In this document: piece after piece, positions 9,610 to 19,076 of the stretch
Position numbering within the stretch: position 1 is the first letter of the stretch
Layout of the letters: each line of letters opens with the position of its first letter
Translations under genes and position numbers: made by a program
Notes under the pieces: model-generated
Database searches by the model: none
The model's input: only the letters and a program-made list of their open reading frames with translations
Told to the model about the DNA's origin: nothing
NCBI GenBank assembly: GCA_038872135.1
Contig: JAVZGN010000005.1
Span: 1 to 57,284 of the forward strand
Reading direction: 5' to 3'
From: Candidatus Hadarchaeales archaeon
GTDB taxonomy: Archaea; Hadarchaeota; Hadarchaeia; Hadarchaeales; Hadarchaeaceae
Length of the DNA stretch: 57,284 bases

Positions 9610-10467
9610 TCATTCGCTATCCTTAAACCATTCTATTGACCTCTTGGTTGGATCTATTTGAGCGATTATTTTCCCCTTCTTGAAAATTCTGATTTTTCTA
9701 TCCTCCTGGGATACAGTGACTCCAACAGAATTGGTGGCAAGGGACATCGCCGCCACGGCGTGATGTCTTGTTCCAAGTCCTTTGGGGATGTCAACCTTCC
9801 TGTCAGCCTCCAGTTTGCAGTGGGCCGCCCTTATCCTTCCATCAGTGTCGATCACAAATGCACCATCAAAAGCTGCATATTTTTTTAAAAGATCCCACTC
9901 CTTTCTATCCTGAATGTTGGCTTTGTAGTTTTCATAGGGGTTTATCATAAGCGGGGTGGAAAATTGGAGAATTCTTTCCGCCTCCCCTATCACAAACGCT
10001 GCTCCGAGTGGTTTTCCCTCCAGCGTCGTGTTTGAAATTTCTATCGCCAGTTCTATGGTGGCCTCAAGCGCAGGATCCATGAATTCCTCCAAGGCCTTCT
10101 CTTCCCCGGTAATTTCATGGCAGATCATGGTGTTGAGTGTTTCCGGCATTCCATCCCCAATCAGGCAGACGAAGCGTTGGCCTTTCTTCACATAATTTTT
10201 CTTCAAAGCATGGGCAACTGCTTGAGCAATTCTTGCGGTGTATCCAGGCTTCCAAGCAGGCACCCTTATCACTTCTATACCTTTCCCTTCTGGGGGCTGC
10301 TTGATTTCTTGAGTTGTTGCAACAATGATTTTTGGAAGGTTTTTTTCTCCATCGAAGAAATCGAGGAGCTGGTGAAGCTCTAACTCAGCAGAAATCAGAA
10401 TACCATCAGCATTGATGTCTGAGGCAACTTTAAGAGCCGCCTCGGCCAGGGCTTTGGGAATTTCCAT
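9610..10467 (-). CDS. dacZ: Diadenylate cyclase DacZ-like (PK_C-like N-domain + DAC/DisA_N), copy 1
   Basis: EGKPLGAAFVIG, FDGAFVI (DGA), GLGTRHHA, VSQED. Confidence 0.85.
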   Translation of the reverse strand: MEIPKALAEAALKVASDINADGILISAELELHQLLDFFDGEKNLPKIIVATTQEIKQPPEGKGIEVIRVPAWKPGYTARIAQAVAHALKKNYVKKGQRFVCLIGDGMPETLNTMICHEITGEEKALEEFMDPALEATIELAIEISNTTLEGKPLGAAFVIGEAERILQFSTPLMINPYENYKANIQDRKEWDLLKKYAAFDGAFVIDTDGRIRAAHCKLEADRKVDIPKGLGTRHHAVAAMSLATNSVGVTVSQEDRKIRIFKKGKIIAQIDPTKRSIEWFKDSE

Positions 10468-10595
10468 CTATCCACGACTCCTCCTCCCCTTCGCCCTCAG
10501 CCAAAACCCTCTCTTTCTTGGGGTTAATATCCTTTTCGGGAGGCCAAGGATTTGCTGAAAATTCCAGAATTCTAAAGTATCGCCACTACAGATCT

Positions 10596-10970
10596 TCAAC
10601 CACCAGCACCGGGAAAGAGCAGTTTGTGCGAAATCTTGACTCTTTTAGCTACTCCAGCGGGAGCCTCTATGAGATATTTTGCTCGCATCTTCGGGCGATA
10701 GAATCTCCATGGCTTCAGATTTTCTTTTATTTCAACAACGATGAATTTCTCATCGAGATAAATCAAATCTATTGGAAATCTCATGAACATCGTGTGAACG
10801 GAGTATCGCCCAATTTTTTTAAAAGAGAAGAGCATCGCGCGGCCCGAAAAATTTTTCTTCAGCATAAGTCCCTTCAACCTTCCGATGAAGGTTTTCGCTT
10901 CCATCACTTCCTCCGCCACAATCTCTCCCGTTGAAGCATTTACCAGAGCCATTTTCTCTCCCGGCATCAA
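10596..10970 (-). CDS. DUF192 family protein
   Basis: RLKGLM, HTMFMRFPIDLIYLD, YLIEAPAG. Confidence 0.8.
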   Translation of the reverse strand: MMPGEKMALVNASTGEIVAEEVMEAKTFIGRLKGLMLKKNFSGRAMLFSFKKIGRYSVHTMFMRFPIDLIYLDEKFIVVEIKENLKPWRFYRPKMRAKYLIEAPAGVAKRVKISHKLLFPGAGG

Positions 10971-11755
10971 TAGACGATAACACTTCTCACGCTTCCAAGC
11001 TTTCTTATCTTCTCGATGACCTCTCCCGGCACCGGGGCGTCAGTTATTATCGTGAGCTTTGGGTGAAGAACCAAGTATGGGTCATCAGCGATCGCCTGCC
11101 TTATGCTGACGTTCATCTGAGAGATGATTCCAGCAACCTCGCTGATTATCCCCGGCCTCGCTGCATCCTCAGGGATTATTTCGATCACCCCCAGCCCCAA
11201 CCGGTGGGCCACACTTTTAAGGAAAACTGTTGGCTCGAGATTTCCAAATATCTGCATGAGTTCTTTGTTCTCTAGAATTCTTTTTGCGGTGGCTTTCACC
11301 ACCCTCCTGTCAACCCCCGCTGCTTCAGCCACATGAACCGCCGGGACCTTTATATCCCCACATGCAATTTCACCATCCTCCCTCACCCTGAGGCCATGAT
11401 CGAAGAGAACCCGCACGACATTCAGCTGGGCGGGATAATCCTTGAAGGCGGCAAGAATTTTTTCCCAGCCGGCAGGGGGTTTGATCACCTCTTTCTCAAA
11501 AGCCGCGGCGCTGGAAATTAGATACCTCATAAGAGTCTCCACAAAGCTCTGGTCAATCCCAAGCTCAACTGCTCTCCTTTTGGCCCTTTCAATTACTTCC
11601 CTCTCCCTCCTCTCATCTCTTATTTCGAGCTTGAGTTTTTTCTTCAGCTTGGCCAGCTCTTTTGCTGTATCGATCCTTTGGGCGACCAGTTCCACTATCT
11701 TCTGATCGATCACGTCTATCTTCTTTCGAATATCCTCAATAGTGGGATTTTTCAT
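10967..11755 (-). CDS. Chorismate mutase (AroQ) fused to an ACT-domain amino-acid metabolism regulator
   Basis: N-terminal IEDIRKKIDVIDQKIVELVAQR..RDERRE; C-terminal GVDRRVV, PGIISEV..SIRQAIADDP (COG2150-like); ATG overlaps aroK stop (ATGA). Confidence 0.8.
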   Translation of the reverse strand: MKNPTIEDIRKKIDVIDQKIVELVAQRIDTAKELAKLKKKLKLEIRDERREREVIERAKRRAVELGIDQSFVETLMRYLISSAAAFEKEVIKPPAGWEKILAAFKDYPAQLNVVRVLFDHGLRVREDGEIACGDIKVPAVHVAEAAGVDRRVVKATAKRILENKELMQIFGNLEPTVFLKSVAHRLGLGVIEIIPEDAARPGIISEVAGIISQMNVSIRQAIADDPYLVLHPKLTIITDAPVPGEVIEKIRKLGSVRSVIVY

Positions 11756-12624
11756 GGGAACTCCACCCTCCCTCCTTTTGCTGCAGGCCTCGTCAAGATA
11801 ATCTTTCCCTTTATTTTTCTCCATCTTTCAATTATCTTTCGAATCACACTGGGGTCTGCCACCGCTACAGTTGCCGGGCCTTTACCCGTTATCCCAGCCG
11901 CTCTAGCTCCCTCAAGAAGAGCCGTGAGCGCCGGCCGCGGATCATGCCCTAGAACTGCCGAATATAGAAATCCATTGAGGGTGAGAGCAGTCCAAATCTT
12001 CCCCCTTCTGGTCATTTCATGAGCCTTCTCTGCCCCTTCTTTTATCGAGCTGAAATCTGTGGTTCTAAGGCTTCTTGTATACAGCCTAGAAGGTGGCACA
12101 TGCACTACGACCCCAAGCCCACGGTCAACTTTGAACCGCTTTAAAATTCGCATCTTTGAATTGTCGGTTACAACAGCACCCCCGTAGAGGGATGCAGCAG
12201 CGTCGTCAAGGGCCCCCGTCAGTGTTACGCCGGCGGCAAAGGCCGACTCTATCGCGATTTTTAAAACTTTCTCGAAATTCGGCTTCTTTCCCAGAGCGGC
12301 AGTGGTTGCGAGAACCGCGGCGTTTGCAGCTGCACTGCTGCTGGAGAGGCCGACGGCGATTGGAATGTCGGCAGTTGTCATTATTTCCGCCCCGAGCCCT
12401 TCCTCTCCAAATTCTTCCAGAGTTTTTCTCGCGCAGATTTCTATGAGCTTTGGACTTTCCCTGCTTCCCAAAATCTTCCCGACAATTTTTCCATCTTCCC
12501 TGAGCCTCGCCTGGGCTCTCACCCGCAGGTCTATCCCAAAAGCTGCCCCCTTCCCGGTGGCCATGGCGTTGACGATGGTCGCAGACGCGCAGGCTGAAGC
12601 CACTCCCAGCAAACTCTCCCTCAC
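11752..12624 (-). CDS. aroK: Archaeal shikimate kinase (GHMP family)
   Basis: [47 protein letters not shown]. Confidence 0.92.
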   Translation of the reverse strand: MRESLLGVASACASATIVNAMATGKGAAFGIDLRVRAQARLREDGKIVGKILGSRESPKLIEICARKTLEEFGEEGLGAEIMTTADIPIAVGLSSSSAAANAAVLATTAALGKKPNFEKVLKIAIESAFAAGVTLTGALDDAAASLYGGAVVTDNSKMRILKRFKVDRGLGVVVHVPPSRLYTRSLRTTDFSSIKEGAEKAHEMTRRGKIWTALTLNGFLYSAVLGHDPRPALTALLEGARAAGITGKGPATVAVADPSVIRKIIERWRKIKGKIILTRPAAKGGRVEFP

Positions 12625-13718
12625 GCAACCCTATCGGGATTTATCTTTCCAGCTCTGAGCATATGATCCGCCAGGACAATTGCAAGCATCGCCTCTGCAA
12701 CCGGAACGACCCGCGGGCAGATGTTGGGGTCAAATCTTCCCTTCAGTTTAATTTCTGCCTCTTTCATCTTTTGAAAATCGACAGTTTTCTGCGGGAGTTG
12801 GATCGATGAAGGGGGTTTCACCGTTAACCTGACGACAATTGGCATGCCAGTTGAAATACCGCCGAGAATCCCTCCAGCATTGTTTGTGAGGGTGATTATC
12901 TTTCCCCCCTTCACAGAAATCTGATCGTTTGCTTCTGAGCCTTTCATCCCGGCCACCTTCACGCCGGCACCTATTTCAACCGCTTTGACAGCACCGATGG
13001 ACATCATTGCGTGGGCGATCTCGGCATCCAGTTTGTCGAAGACCGGTTCACCAAGTCCTGGGGGGACATTCAGGGCAATCACCTCCACCTTTCCTCCTGT
13101 GGTGTCTCCGGCTTCAGCAACCTTTTTTATAACCTCCACCATTTTCTCAGCAGCTTTTGGATCTCCACATCTCATGGGGTTTTTTTCAGCGTTTTTTCTG
13201 ATTTCCTCGGGTGTTAGCTCCCTCTCAACCGAAACCCCTGCAGCTTCAACTGTGTGCCCGAGGATTTCTATTCCTTGGATGGCCAGAAGTTTTTTTGCTA
13301 TGGCTCCAGCCGCCACCCTCCCAACAGTTTCTCTTGCCGATGCCCTTCCACCCCCCCTGTAGTCGACATGACCGAATTTCAGCATGTAGGTTAGATCTGC
13401 ATGACCTGGTCTAGGCTTTGTCTTTATTTCCTCGTAGAACTCCGATTTGACATCGACATTTTCAACGAGCATCGAGATGGGGGTTCCAGTGGTTTTTCCT
13501 TTGAACACCCCCGAAAGGATTTTCACCTTGTCTGCTTCTTTCCTTGGGCTTACAACCTCTGAAACCCCCGGGCGCCTCCGGTCCAGCTCCTTCTGAATGT
13601 CTTCCTCGGAAAGGGGCAGCCCTGCAGGGACTCCATCCACCACCACCCCCACTGCTGGTCCATGGCTCTCCCCCCAGGTGGTTACCCTGAAAATTTTCCC
13701 GAAAGAGTTTCCTCCCAT
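12621..13718 (-). CDS. aroC: Chorismate synthase
   Basis: [33 protein letters not shown]. Confidence 0.97.
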   Translation of the reverse strand: MGGNSFGKIFRVTTWGESHGPAVGVVVDGVPAGLPLSEEDIQKELDRRRPGVSEVVSPRKEADKVKILSGVFKGKTTGTPISMLVENVDVKSEFYEEIKTKPRPGHADLTYMLKFGHVDYRGGGRASARETVGRVAAGAIAKKLLAIQGIEILGHTVEAAGVSVERELTPEEIRKNAEKNPMRCGDPKAAEKMVEVIKKVAEAGDTTGGKVEVIALNVPPGLGEPVFDKLDAEIAHAMMSIGAVKAVEIGAGVKVAGMKGSEANDQISVKGGKIITLTNNAGGILGGISTGMPIVVRLTVKPPSSIQLPQKTVDFQKMKEAEIKLKGRFDPNICPRVVPVAEAMLAIVLADHMLRAGKINPDRVA

Positions 13719-13729
13719 CTACCTCACCA

Positions 13730-15058
13730 CTATCCCTTCTCTCCCTTTCTATAAGAGGGTGGTGAGACTTCTTCCACCACCATCCTAGCCCCCAGTTTTC
13801 TCATGTCCTCAACGAAGCTGGGGTAGGAGACGGGAATGCTCTCGGCCCCATCAACCAGAGTTTCTCCCTCCGCCACAAGTCCTGCGATGCCGAAGGCCAT
13901 CGCCATCCTGTGATCTCCATATGAGCTTACCCGGTTTCCCCGAAGCTTTTTCCCACCTTTTATCCTGAGCCCATCCTCCATCTCCCCGACATCAGCTCCA
14001 AGTCTGCTCAGCCCGAGGGAGAGAACCTTTAACCTGTCACTCTCCTTGAGCCTGAGGTGGGGGACATTGAAGATTGTGGTTGAACCTTCAGCAACACACC
14101 CCACAACCGAGAGGACCGGGACAAGGTCTGGAGTGTCGGCGCAATCTAGGTCAATTCCACAGAGCCCAGCCCCTCCCAAGACTTCCACGCTTTCTTTGGA
14201 GATGGAGAGTTCTGCCCCAAACTTCTCCAGATAATCTACTATTCTTTTGTCGCCCTGGGCAGTCCTTAGATCCAAGTTTTTGACTTTTACGCGGGAGTCT
14301 GTGATGGCGGCTGCTCCAAGGGTAAAGGCCGCAGAGGAGAAATCTCCAGGAATGGTGATGTCCAGGGGCCTCAGGCTCTGGTTCCCGGGAATTTTAAAAT
14401 TCATGAGGCTGGAGTCCCTCTTTATCTTTGCCCCAGCTTTTTCCAGGAGTTCCAGGGTGATCTCAACATAGGGTTTTGATCTCAGCTCTTCAGTGATTCT
14501 GATTTCAACACCGTTTGGAGTGAGGGGGGCTGCGATCAAAAGGGCGGAGATAAACTGAGAACTGATCTTTCCGGTGATTTCCACCTCCCCGCCCTCAAGG
14601 GGCCCTCCGACAACTACTGGTGGCCTTCCCTCGCGCCCATGGCACTTCCCTCTTGCGCCGAGCTTTGCGAGGGCGTCTATCAGCGGTCCCATCGGGCGCT
14701 TGAGAAGGGAGCTATCCCCGATAATTTTTATCGGTTTCGGGGAGAGGGCAGAAATGGCGCTGAAGAGCCGCATGGTCGTTCCTGAGTTCTTTGCATCGAT
14801 TTCTTCCAAGGTCGGGCTTATCTTTCTTCCCACCCCTGTGACTTCCCAAATGTCACCTTTTCTGGCGATTTTTGCTCCGAGGATTCTCGCGGCTTCTATG
14901 GTGGCCATGGTATCGTGTCCCAGAAGGGGATTTTTTATTCTGCTTTTTCCTTCGGCTAGAAGAGCGATGGCGAAGGCCCTGTGGGTGTAAGATTTGGAGG
15001 GCGGGGCGGTTATCTCGCCCGAAAGCTTTGACGGCTGAACTCTCAAGAGCTGCATCAC
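13730..15058 (-). CDS. aroA: EPSP synthase
   Basis: PPSKSYTHRA, NSGTTMR, RPM, SSQFISALL, PGDFSSA, KESDR, DHRMAM. Confidence 0.97.
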   Translation of the reverse strand: MMQLLRVQPSKLSGEITAPPSKSYTHRAFAIALLAEGKSRIKNPLLGHDTMATIEAARILGAKIARKGDIWEVTGVGRKISPTLEEIDAKNSGTTMRLFSAISALSPKPIKIIGDSSLLKRPMGPLIDALAKLGARGKCHGREGRPPVVVGGPLEGGEVEITGKISSQFISALLIAAPLTPNGVEIRITEELRSKPYVEITLELLEKAGAKIKRDSSLMNFKIPGNQSLRPLDITIPGDFSSAAFTLGAAAITDSRVKVKNLDLRTAQGDKRIVDYLEKFGAELSISKESVEVLGGAGLCGIDLDCADTPDLVPVLSVVGCVAEGSTTIFNVPHLRLKESDRLKVLSLGLSRLGADVGEMEDGLRIKGGKKLRGNRVSSYGDHRMAMAFGIAGLVAEGETLVDGAESIPVSYPSFVEDMRKLGARMVVEEVSPPSYRKGEKG

Positions 15059-15145
15059 TCCATAGTCTTCACGCCTGTTTTTAATAGCATCAGATTTTGG
15101 GGTCGTGGCATCCGTTAAATTTAAGTATTCGGCAAAAAATCTCCT

Positions 15146-16447
15146 ATGAAGTCCATGGAGTTTCTGACATTGGACAACGTTGACGTGAAGGGAAAGTTTG
15201 TGGCGGTGAGGGTGGATATCAACTCACCCATTGATCCAAAGACTGGCGAAATTCTGGATGATACAAGGATAAGAGAGTGCGCCCCGACCATCAGAGAGCT
15301 TGCGATGAAGGGGGCAAAGGTCATAGTTCTCGCCCACCAGGGGAGGCCTGGAGATGAGGATTTCACAACCTTGGAGAAACACGCGGAGAAGCTTTCGGCG
15401 GCGGTTGGGATGGATGTTTTTTACCTCCCGGAGATGGTTGGACCATTTGCACTCTCGAAGATAAGGTTGATGAGGCCGGGAGAAATAACCCTTCTGGAAA
15501 ATGTCAGGATGCATGCAGAAGAGGTTGCAAAGCTTACCCCGGAGCAGCAGGCAAAAACCCACTTTGTGAGGGCCCTGTCCTCCATCTGCCAGATTTTTGT
15601 CAACGATGCTTTTGGGGCCATCCACCGCTCGAGCCCATCGCTGGTCGGGCTGGCTGAGGTTCTTCCAGCCTATGCCGGAAGGCTGATGGAAAGGGAGCTG
15701 AAAGCCCTTTCAAAGGCAATTTCCCCGGAAAGGCCCTGTGTCTATGTTCTCGGTGGGGCGAAGTTTGATGATTCCCTCAGGATAATCGAAAATGTCCTTT
15801 CCCGGGGAGTGGCAGATCTCGTCCTCACAGGTGGGTTGGTTGGACATGCGTTCCTCGTCGCATGTGGCGTGGACCTTGGCAAGCCAAACATGGAGCTGAT
15901 GAAGGCGAAGGGCTATGAGGAACAGGCGGAGAAGACAAAGGAGCTTTTGAAGAAGTATGGGGAGAAAATAATGGTCCCGAGGGATGTTGTTGTAGAGGTT
16001 GGCGGTCAGCCGAAAGTTCTCGTGGTGGATGAGATGCTGAAGGGCTTCACCGTCTCAGAGGTTTCAGAGTTCATCGAGCATGTTTTGGAGAGGAGATCTG
16101 AGCTGCCTTCAGAGTTTCCTATCCAAGATATTGGCCCAGCCACAGTCGAGGAATACTCGAAGGTGATAAAGGATGCAAAAACTGTTGTGGCAAATGGCCC
16201 AATGGGGGTTTTTGAGAAAAAAGGGTTTGAGAGGGGAACTTTCGGGGTTCTGGAGGCAATGGCGGGGTCTCAAGCTTTCACCATCATTGGCGGGGGGCAC
16301 ATCGTCGCCGCTGCAACCGCCGCTGGAGTTTCCTCGAGGATAAAGCATGTGAGCACAGGTGGGGGAGCGACTATAAGCCTTCTGAGCGGGGAGGAGCTTC
16401 CAGTTGTTGAGGCTCTTCAGAGAGCTGCCCGGAGGATGAAATCATAG
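15146..16447 (+). CDS. pgk: Phosphoglycerate kinase
   Basis: RVDINSP, AHQGRPG, LENVR, NDAFGAIHR, LGGAK, NGPMGVFE, STGGGA. Confidence 0.96.
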   Translation: MKSMEFLTLDNVDVKGKFVAVRVDINSPIDPKTGEILDDTRIRECAPTIRELAMKGAKVIVLAHQGRPGDEDFTTLEKHAEKLSAAVGMDVFYLPEMVGPFALSKIRLMRPGEITLLENVRMHAEEVAKLTPEQQAKTHFVRALSSICQIFVNDAFGAIHRSSPSLVGLAEVLPAYAGRLMERELKALSKAISPERPCVYVLGGAKFDDSLRIIENVLSRGVADLVLTGGLVGHAFLVACGVDLGKPNMELMKAKGYEEQAEKTKELLKKYGEKIMVPRDVVVEVGGQPKVLVVDEMLKGFTVSEVSEFIEHVLERRSELPSEFPIQDIGPATVEEYSKVIKDAKTVVANGPMGVFEKKGFERGTFGVLEAMAGSQAFTIIGGGHIVAAATAAGVSSRIKHVSTGGGATISLLSGEELPVVEALQRAARRMKS

Positions 16448-16461
16448 ACCCCCCAAGAATA

Positions 16462-17778
16462 GTGGTTATAGGGTTTCAGTCGGCGGGGCTGACGGCAGCA
16501 GGGAACGCCCGCCTAGCCAACAGGGATGCAAAGATCACCGTGATCGAAAGGAGGCTTTATGCAACCTATCATCCTTGTGGACTCCCTTTTGCAATTGGGG
16601 GCGATGTCCCGCACATCAGACATCTGGTGGAGGCGGCACCCAAGATCCCGGGAGTGGAGGTTTTGATTGGGACAGAGGCACTCAGGATAAACAGGGATGA
16701 GAAGTGGGTGGAGATTCAGGACAGGAGAACGCTCAAGAGGGGGAAAATACCATACGATAAGTTGATAATTGCTACTGGAAGCCAGGCTCTCCGCCCGCCA
16801 ATTCCAGGCATAAACCTCCAGAATGTTTTCACCCTCAGAACAATGAGGGACGGGGAGGAAATCCTTGCCGCGCTCCCACGGGCGACAAAGGCTGTTGTGA
16901 TTGGAGCTGGGCCGGTTGGGATAGAAGCTGCATGTGCCCTAAGAGAGAGGGGGATGGAAGTTTCTATTGTTGAGATGAAGCCGAGTGTTCTTCCAGGGAT
17001 GCTAGACCCAGACATCTCTGAGGCGGTCATCGACAGGTTAAACCAAGTGGGGGTAAACACCTTCTGCTCCAGCCCGGTTAAGGAAATCAAAGGGAAGGAG
17101 AAGGTTGAGGCTGTTGTCATTGAAGGGAGGGAGCTGCCGGCCGACCTCGTGATAGTTGCCGTCGGCGTTACACCGGATGTTTCCCTTGCTCGAGAGGCGG
17201 GATTAGAATTTGGGCCTACAGGGTTGATAAAAGTAGACGATCACCTCAGGACCAGCGATCCAGATATCTATGCTGCCGGGGACTGTGCCGAGGCAAAGTG
17301 CTTTTTCACCGGAAAACCCATCAAGAGCCAGCTGGCCACAACTGCTATAAGAATGGGAAAGGTTGCCGGGATAAACGCCGCGGGAGGGGATGAAGTTTTC
17401 CCTGGAGTGCTGAACACAGTGGTTTCATCGGCTTATGGGATGGAGATAGCGGCGACGGGGCTGAACACCCAGGCCGCTGAGGCCGCCGGCTTCTCGGTGG
17501 TTTCAGGGAGGGTGAGGACTCTCAGCAAACCATATTATTTCCCGGGAGCCGAGCCGATCATCATAAAAATGATTGTTGAAAGAGGGACGAGAAAGATAAT
17601 CGGCGCCCAGATAATTGGGGATGGGGCGGCGGAGAGGGTGAATCTCCTAGCCTTCGCCATAACCCACGGGATACCGGTGGATGCGATTTCTAGGATGGAG
17701 TACTGCTACGCCCCGCCGGTCAACGATTGCATAGAGCCCCTTATCCTAGCAGCGGAGTCCATCATCCGCAGGCTCTAG
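16462..17778 (+). CDS. CoA-disulfide reductase / NADH oxidase family flavoprotein (start uncertain, possibly 16444)
   Basis: YHPCGLP redox Cys, IATGS, GAGPVGIE, TSDPDIYAAGD, YCYAPP. Confidence 0.88.
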   Translation: MVIGFQSAGLTAAGNARLANRDAKITVIERRLYATYHPCGLPFAIGGDVPHIRHLVEAAPKIPGVEVLIGTEALRINRDEKWVEIQDRRTLKRGKIPYDKLIIATGSQALRPPIPGINLQNVFTLRTMRDGEEILAALPRATKAVVIGAGPVGIEAACALRERGMEVSIVEMKPSVLPGMLDPDISEAVIDRLNQVGVNTFCSSPVKEIKGKEKVEAVVIEGRELPADLVIVAVGVTPDVSLAREAGLEFGPTGLIKVDDHLRTSDPDIYAAGDCAEAKCFFTGKPIKSQLATTAIRMGKVAGINAAGGDEVFPGVLNTVVSSAYGMEIAATGLNTQAAEAAGFSVVSGRVRTLSKPYYFPGAEPIIIKMIVERGTRKIIGAQIIGDGAAERVNLLAFAITHGIPVDAISRMEYCYAPPVNDCIEPLILAAESIIRRL

Positions 17779-17783
17779 AATAC

Positions 17784-18821
17784 TTATAACCAGACTCTGT
17801 TTGGGATGTACTTTCCAGTGATTGGGATTTTTGTCCCGCAGGTGGGACAGGAGGTATCTTTCAATGAATATTTTTCTATCGTGAACCCATACCTCTGGAT
17901 CAAAAGCTCCCCGCAGCTTGGGCAGTAGGTGTTGTCGAGCTCATGGCCAGGGACATTCCCGATGTAGACATAATTTATGCCGGTTTTCTTTGCTATTTCT
18001 GCCGCCATTTCCAGCGTTTGGATTGGTGTGGCTTCTCTATCTCTCATCTTATAGTGGGGATGGAATCTGCTGAAGTGGAGGGGGATGTTTTCGCCGAGTT
18101 CTTCGACAACCCATCTGCAGAAGCTCTCTATTTCTTTGGAGGAGTCGTTTTCTCCAGGGATTATCAGGTATGTGATCTCAAGATGTTTTTTGTGATCAAC
18201 GAGCCATTTGCAGGTGTCGAGAACAGGCTGGATTCCCTTCACCCCGCAGATCTTCTGATAAAATCTGTCTGTGAACGCCTTAACATCGACATTTGAGCCG
18301 TCTAGGAATGGACCGAGTTCTTCCAAGGCCTCGATGGATGTGTAGCCATTTGTTACATAGGTGTTGTAGAGGTTTTCTTTGTGGGCCAGCTTTCCAACAT
18401 CTATCGCAAATTCCGTCCAGATGGTCGGTTCGGTGTAGGTGTGAGAGATCCCGGAGCAGCCATAGTTTTTTGCGAGTGAAATCACTTCTTCGGGAGTCAT
18501 ATCCTGGTACTCGACCTCTTCAGCCCCGACCTGTGAGATGGTCCAGTTCTGGCAGTGAAGGCATCTGAAGTTGCACCCAGGGGAGGAGATGGAAAAGGAG
18601 CCGCTGCCTGGCCAGAAGTGATAGAATGGTTTTTTCTCTATGGGGTCGACAGCGGCGGAGATTATGGAGCCGTAGACGAGAGAGTAGAGCTTTCCTCCCT
18701 CATTCTTTCTTCCCCGGCAGAAGCCGACCTTCCCGGGAGGAATGATGCATGACCAGGGACAAAGAGAACATCTTACTTTTCCGTCACCAATCTCCGTCCA
18801 GAAACTTGCAAGTTTTTTCAT
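17784..18821 (-). CDS. AmmeMemoRadiSam-type radical SAM enzyme (PFL-activase-like)
   Basis: DPIEKKPFYHFWPG, GCNFRCLHCQNW, YTEP, SRFHP, YVYIGN, C-terminal CxxC pairs. Confidence 0.9.
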   Translation of the reverse strand: MKKLASFWTEIGDGKVRCSLCPWSCIIPPGKVGFCRGRKNEGGKLYSLVYGSIISAAVDPIEKKPFYHFWPGSGSFSISSPGCNFRCLHCQNWTISQVGAEEVEYQDMTPEEVISLAKNYGCSGISHTYTEPTIWTEFAIDVGKLAHKENLYNTYVTNGYTSIEALEELGPFLDGSNVDVKAFTDRFYQKICGVKGIQPVLDTCKWLVDHKKHLEITYLIIPGENDSSKEIESFCRWVVEELGENIPLHFSRFHPHYKMRDREATPIQTLEMAAEIAKKTGINYVYIGNVPGHELDNTYCPSCGELLIQRYGFTIEKYSLKDTSCPTCGTKIPITGKYIPNRVWL

Positions 18822-19076
18822 GCTGATTTTACTCTGTCCGCGCCCTTATTTACATTGCTCCTACATTGTCGTTGAAAAGATTCAGAGTTGTGGACAAGAT
18901 TTGAGCTCCTGTGATGCCGGGTCTTTACTACCTCGTGCTCCTCATCGAGTCTCAGATGTCAGAAAGGTTTTTGCAGCAGAGTTTTGATGAACTCGGTTTA
19001 GGGTTGCCGTGAAAAATTGGAATTCAACTTTCACCAAAAAGCCTTTTATAGTGAAGAGCCTTAACCATCGAGGGAT

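Noticed and set aside
10530-10595. c-di-AMP riboswitch upstream of dacZ
   Set aside because: Only a short ATCC/GGAT pairing; conserved riboswitch elements are not recognisable
16037-16112. BHB-spliced intron in pgk
   Set aside because: Pairing gives a 2-nt rather than 3-nt bulge in the registers tried
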